The notes beneath the pieces are model-generated. The model searched no databases, was not told the origin of the DNA, and saw only the letters and a list, made by a program, of their open reading frames with translations. A stretch of 24,000 nucleotides of DNA from Patescibacteria group bacterium UBA6805. Lineage in GTDB: Bacteria; Patescibacteriota; Minisyncoccia; Minisyncoccales; Minisyncoccaceae. The stretch spans positions 39,621 through 63,620 of the forward strand of contig DKFD01000006.1 in assembly GCA_002452735.1 (NCBI GenBank). The letters run 5' to 3'. The translations under genes and the position numbers were made by a program. This document shows positions 20,259 through 24,000 of this stretch, one piece after another. Position 1 is the stretch's first letter. Every line of letters begins with the position of its first letter.

Positions 20259-21890
20259 ATGAACCTAAACGGCATTCTAAATTCCAGGCAGGCAGGCATC
20301 AAAAAAGCGACTTTGATAATGGTTGTTTCCGTCTTAATCAGCCGCGTTCTCGGCTTGTTGAGAGACCGGTTCTTGGCCGGTTTTTTCGGCGCTTCAATCG
20401 ATTTGGATATATACTTCACCGCTTTCAGGATACCCGATTTTATTTACAGCATCATTTTTGCCGGGGGGATAACCGTTTCTTTCCTGCCCATTTTTTCCGA
20501 ATATTTCAAGAAAAACAAAGAAGAGGCCTGGAAGATAGTAAACTACGTATTAAATCTTTTTTTCGTCCTCTATTTCCTGGTTTTCTTTGTTTTTGTGGCC
20601 TTTACGCCTCAGCTTGTCTCTTATCTCGCTCCGGGATTTGACGCGCTGGCCCAGGCCAAGACTGTTGAGTTGACCAGATTGGTGTTTTTAAGCGTTTTCT
20701 TTTTCGGCCTGTCCTCAATCTTAACGGTTATTTTGAATTACTTCAATTTATTTTTAGCCTATTCCCTGGCCCCTATTTTATACAACCTGGGGATTATCTT
20801 CGGCATCATTTTTCTTTCCCCGCATTTGGGGGTTTTCGGCGCCGGCCTGGGGGTTGTCCTGGGTTCTTTTCTTCATTTCTTGATTCAGGTTCCCGGAGCC
20901 AGGAACAGCGGTTTCAGCTACCGGGCGATTTTTTCCTTGAGCCACAAAGCCATAAAAGAATTCTTCTTTTTAATCGGTCCAAGGATTATTTCTTCGTCCT
21001 CTGTTCAGTTCAGTTTCGTCATCATCACCCTTATCGCTTCGGGCATAGGAGAAGGGGCGATTTCGGTTTTTAACCTTTCTAATAATTTAAGGTATCTGCC
21101 CATCGGGGTCATCGGCATTCCTTTTGCCACGGCCGCTTTTCCCGTTTTGGCGAAATTATGGGCGGGCAGGGAAAAAGAAGAATATTTGAAAAGATTCAGA
21201 ATGGTTTTTTCTTCCGTCCTGTATTTTTCTTTTCCCATAGGCATATTGATATTTCTTTTAAAAGACCAGATTGTCAAAATAATTTTTCAGACAGGTGCTT
21301 TCAGCGGCAGCGCCGTTGAGATTACGGCCGCTTGTCTGGGCTTGTACTTTTTGAGCACTTCGGCTCAATGCCTGGTGCCAATTGTTTTAAGGGGGTTTTT
21401 CAGCTTGAAAGATTCAATAACGCCTACCGTCGTCTCTATTTTTTTTGTGCTGATTAATACCTTCCTCTGCTTTTTTTTCGTCAACTTATCCTCCTACGAC
21501 AATATTTTTTCCCAAATTATCGGAAACGTTTTCGGATTTATCGCCTTGACCGACATCAAGGTTTTAAGCCTGGTTTTGGCTTTTAATTTCGGCCTGCTTT
21601 TTGAGTTTTTCTTTTTAATTTGTTTGTTTTTCCGCAAGGTCGGCAATTTCGGGCTCAAACAAACCCTAATTTCTTTTTTAAAGATATTGGTCTCAACCGC
21701 TGCCATGGCCATGGTTTTAATCGCTTTTCTTAATTATTGGCCCGTTTCCTTGCCTTTATTCGGGGAATTGGTTTGGTTTTGCTTTGTCTGCGTCGTGGCC
21801 GGGGTTGTTTATCTTTCGTCAACCCGTGTATTGAGAACGGAAGAAAGCGGCTTTTTAAACAAGTTTTTAATGAAAAGAAATGAAGATTAA
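20259..21890 (+). CDS. murJ: Lipid II flippase MurJ (MviN)
   Basis: The N-terminal block LISRVLGLLRDRFLAGFFGAS..LDIYFTAFRIPDFIY matches the MurJ signature. It is a polytopic membrane protein of 543 aa. Confidence 0.88.
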   Translation: MNLNGILNSRQAGIKKATLIMVVSVLISRVLGLLRDRFLAGFFGASIDLDIYFTAFRIPDFIYSIIFAGGITVSFLPIFSEYFKKNKEEAWKIVNYVLNLFFVLYFLVFFVFVAFTPQLVSYLAPGFDALAQAKTVELTRLVFLSVFFFGLSSILTVILNYFNLFLAYSLAPILYNLGIIFGIIFLSPHLGVFGAGLGVVLGSFLHFLIQVPGARNSGFSYRAIFSLSHKAIKEFFFLIGPRIISSSSVQFSFVIITLIASGIGEGAISVFNLSNNLRYLPIGVIGIPFATAAFPVLAKLWAGREKEEYLKRFRMVFSSVLYFSFPIGILIFLLKDQIVKIIFQTGAFSGSAVEITAACLGLYFLSTSAQCLVPIVLRGFFSLKDSITPTVVSIFFVLINTFLCFFFVNLSSYDNIFSQIIGNVFGFIALTDIKVLSLVLAFNFGLLFEFFFLICLFFRKVGNFGLKQTLISFLKILVSTAAMAMVLIAFLNYWPVSLPLFGELVWFCFVCVVAGVVYLSSTRVLRTEESGFLNKFLMKRNED

Positions 21891-23661
21891 GAATTTTGTC
21901 ATCATCAGCCACATTGACCACGGCAAGTCGACTTTGGCCGACCGGTTTTTGGAAATCACGGGAACAATCAAAAAAGACAAAATGAAGCCTCAGTATCTGG
22001 ACAGCATGGATTTGGAAAGGGAAAAGGGTATTACCATCAAAATGACTCCGGTGAGAATGGAGTATTTTTCTCGGAAAGGCGAAAAGATGATTTTAAATTT
22101 GATTGATACGCCCGGCCATATTGACTTTAATTACGAGGTTTCCCGAAGCCTGGCCGCGGTTGAAGGAGCGATTCTTTTGGTTGATGCTACCAAGGGCATC
22201 CAGGCCCAGACCATCACCAATCTTGATTTAGCCAAGAAAGAGGGGTTGGCGATAATCCCGGCCATAAACAAGATTGATTCTCCTCAGGCCAGGACCGAGG
22301 AGGTCAAGAAAGAAATCAGGGAATTCCTGGAATTTAAAAGCGAAGAGATTTTTTCCATATCGGCCAAGACCGGAGAGAATGTTGCTTCGTTTCTTGAAGA
22401 AGCGGCAGAAAGAGTGGAAAGCGCCGAGGATAATTCGGAAAAACCTCTCAGGGCCTTGATTTTCGATTCCAAGTACGATTCTTTTCTGGGGGTGGTTTCT
22501 TATGTGAGAATAGTTGACGGTTCCATCAAAGCTAATGACAAAATATATTTTATCAATTCCGAGGCTCAGGGAGCGGTCAAAGAACTGGGCGTTTTTAAGC
22601 CGGGGATGATTCCGGTTTCAGAACTAAGGTCCGGGGAAATCGGCTATATTGCCACGGGCATAAAAGACCCGGAGAAGATAAGAATCGGCGATACCATTGT
22701 TCTGGCCGGAGAAGAAAATTCGGTTGAGTCCTTGCCGGGATACAAGAATCCGGAGCCCAAGATTTTCGTTTCTTTGTATCCCAAAGAACAGGACGATTTT
22801 GAGCTTTTGAAAACGGCCTTGTCCAAACTGAAACTGAACGATTCGGCCCTGTTTTTTGAACAGCAGAACTTCCATGTTTTCGGCCGGGGATTTCTTTGCG
22901 GTTTTTTGGGTTCTCTCCACACCGAAATCACCATGGAAAGGCTGAAAAGAGAATTCGGCTTGGAGCTGGTAATCAGCTCGCCCCAGGTCTTATTCAAGGC
23001 CGAAGACGGCAAGGGAAAAGAAGTGTTTATCTATAATCCCATCAACTGGTCGGAAAGCTTTAAGAACTTTTCCGAACCCTGGGCCGAGGTGCGGATCATC
23101 ATTGGTTCTTCCTATTTGGGCCGGGTTTTTGAATTTATCAACAGCTTGGAAGGAAAGCATATCGATTCCCGTCCTTTCGGCGAAAACCGCTACTTTCTCA
23201 TATATGAAATGCCTTTAAGGGAAATAATCGGGAAATTCTACGAGAATCTTTTAAACATCACTCAGGGGTTTGCTTCCCTGACCTTTAAGGAAATCGGTTA
23301 CCGCAAAGCCGATTTGGTTAAACTGGAGATTTTAATCAACGGAAAAAAGGAAGAGGCTTTTTCCAGAATTTTGCCCCAGAGCAAGGTTAACGTTGAAGCC
23401 AGAAAAATGGTGGAAAAACTGAAAGACGTTCTACCCAAGCAATCTTTCAGCGTTCCCATTCAGGGCAAGATAGGAGGAAAGATAATTAGCCGGGAAACCC
23501 TGAAAGCCACGAGAAAAGATGTTACCGCTCCCTTGTACGGAGGAGATTACACGAGAAAGAAAAAGTTGCTAGAAAAGCAAAAAGAGGGTAAAAAGAAACT
23601 AAGGGAAAAAGGAGAGGTAAGGATTCCTCCCGAGGTTTTTTTGAAGGTTTTCGGCTCCTAG
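21880..23661 (+). CDS. lepA: Elongation factor 4 (LepA)
   Basis: IKNFVIISHIDHGKSTLADRFLEITG (G1), DTPGHIDF (G3), NKID (G4), and a LepA-type C-terminal domain. It overlaps murJ by 11 bp. Confidence 0.93.
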   Translation: MKIKNFVIISHIDHGKSTLADRFLEITGTIKKDKMKPQYLDSMDLEREKGITIKMTPVRMEYFSRKGEKMILNLIDTPGHIDFNYEVSRSLAAVEGAILLVDATKGIQAQTITNLDLAKKEGLAIIPAINKIDSPQARTEEVKKEIREFLEFKSEEIFSISAKTGENVASFLEEAAERVESAEDNSEKPLRALIFDSKYDSFLGVVSYVRIVDGSIKANDKIYFINSEAQGAVKELGVFKPGMIPVSELRSGEIGYIATGIKDPEKIRIGDTIVLAGEENSVESLPGYKNPEPKIFVSLYPKEQDDFELLKTALSKLKLNDSALFFEQQNFHVFGRGFLCGFLGSLHTEITMERLKREFGLELVISSPQVLFKAEDGKGKEVFIYNPINWSESFKNFSEPWAEVRIIIGSSYLGRVFEFINSLEGKHIDSRPFGENRYFLIYEMPLREIIGKFYENLLNITQGFASLTFKEIGYRKADLVKLEILINGKKEEAFSRILPQSKVNVEARKMVEKLKDVLPKQSFSVPIQGKIGGKIISRETLKATRKDVTAPLYGGDYTRKKKLLEKQKEGKKKLREKGEVRIPPEVFLKVFGS

Positions 23662-23759
23662 AGCCCGACGGCGACCAAAGAAATGATGGTGGAAAGGATT
23701 ACCAGGATTACGATAACGAACCAAGTAATCCGGAAAATCTTTTTTTGCTTTTTGTTCAT
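23658..23759 (-). CDS. Possible 33-aa single-TM small protein
   Basis: MNKKQKKIFRITWFVIVILVILSTIISLVAVGL has a positive-inside N-terminus and one clean TM helix. Its stop overlaps the lepA stop. There is no SD, and its promoter would have to lie inside the divergent FtsB-like gene. Confidence 0.3.
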   Translation of the reverse strand: MNKKQKKIFRITWFVIVILVILSTIISLVAVGL

Positions 23760-23765
23760 GGCCTT

Positions 23766-24000
23766 ATGATAGCAAAAAAAAGAAAAAAAGAAAAGTCGGT
23801 TTGGAAGGATTTAACCAGAAGGGCCAAACTTTTCCTTTCGGTTGCTTTCGTTATTTTTTTGGCGTACACCAATATAAGGATATTCGCGGAGATAAAAAAA
23901 GGAGACAAGGACCTGAAAAAGATAGAGGCGATTATTGAGGCCTTGAATAAAGAAAAGGACAGGTTGAATTTCGAGCTGGGCAACATTGACAGCGAGGCCT
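23766..24000 (+). CDS. Septum formation initiator-like (FtsB/DivIC family) protein, 5' part (continues beyond window)
   Basis: This open frame is absent from the ORF track because it has no stop in the window. Product: MIAKKRKKEKSVWKDLTRRAKLFLSVAFVIFLAYTNIRIFAEIKKGDKDLKKIEAIIEALNKEKDRLNFELGNIDSEA. It has a basic N-terminus, one TM helix and a coiled coil, which is the standard FtsB/DivIC layout. Confidence 0.6.
   Translation, partial: MIAKKRKKEKSVWKDLTRRAKLFLSVAFVIFLAYTNIRIFAEIKKGDKDLKKIEAIIEALNKEKDRLNFELGNIDSEA

Noticed and set aside
4712-21894. Three proteins (giant protein, RecJ-like, LepA) all begin with MKIKN
   Set aside because: This is most likely convergence from an AT-rich, Lys/Ile/Asn-biased codon preference just after start codons and not shared ancestry or a signal. 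The nucleotide sequences differ (atgaaaattaaaaat, atgaaaatcaaaaac, atgaagattaagaat).
23756-23986. 76-aa minus-strand ORF
   Set aside because: It is antisense to the more convincing FtsB/DivIC-like + strand frame. Its product is low-complexity and Phe/Ser-rich with no start signals.
1-24000. Search for CRISPR arrays, tRNA/rRNA genes, transposases, integrases and inverted terminal repeats
   Set aside because: I saw no regularly spaced direct repeats, no T-loop consensus in any intergenic region and no DDE or tyrosine/serine recombinase-like ORF. The accessory left part therefore cannot be called a mobile element from this window.

Overview
The window reads as a compact bacterial chromosome segment coded almost entirely on the + strand. 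It has tiny intergenic gaps and several 4-11 bp gene overlaps. Gene content suggests a small-genome uncultivated lineage (Patescibacteria/CPR-like), but this is an inference only because no rRNA is present to confirm it. The gene content behind that guess is a short RecJ-like DHH protein, a sigma-region-4-only HTH protein, a giant lamin-tail-domain surface protein and a CxxC-x17-CxxC ribbon.

The left ~9.8 kb is accessory and cell-surface. It holds the 3' end of an FN3 surface protein, a RelB/DinJ-YafQ/RelE toxin-antitoxin pair with an iterated GTTGACA operator, and a secreted gluzincin-type metallopeptidase. It also holds a class II Fic protein with a winged-helix tail, a membrane-anchored protein plus a 1458-aa surface protein (2-3 lamin-tail domains, FN3, beta-propeller repeats), and a lone minus-strand gene resembling a BECR-fold RNase toxin.

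The right ~14 kb is core: secD, secF, pgk, a RecJ-like DHH phosphoesterase, RNase HI, RNase P RNA (minus strand, found by its conserved GAGGAAAGUCCG and ACAGAAUUCGGCUUA blocks), murJ, lepA and the start of an FtsB/DivIC-like gene.

Between secF and pgk sits a self-contained operon with its own consensus promoter and terminator. It encodes a sigma70-region-4 + HARE-HTH protein, an unclassifiable 444-aa membrane-anchored protein, and a soluble TraD/VirD4/HerA-like P-loop ATPase ending in a zinc ribbon. I consider this the best candidate for an undescribed system, possibly a minimal nucleic-acid translocation module.

Other notable signals:
- A ~34-aa C-terminal tail is shared by two otherwise unrelated secreted proteins and may be a new sorting or anchoring signal.
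- Sigma70-like promoters repeatedly sit 7-9 nt from ATG codons, implying leaderless mRNAs.
- A fully equipped 48-codon gene falls below the ORF-track cutoff.

No tRNA, rRNA, CRISPR array, transposase or integrase was seen.
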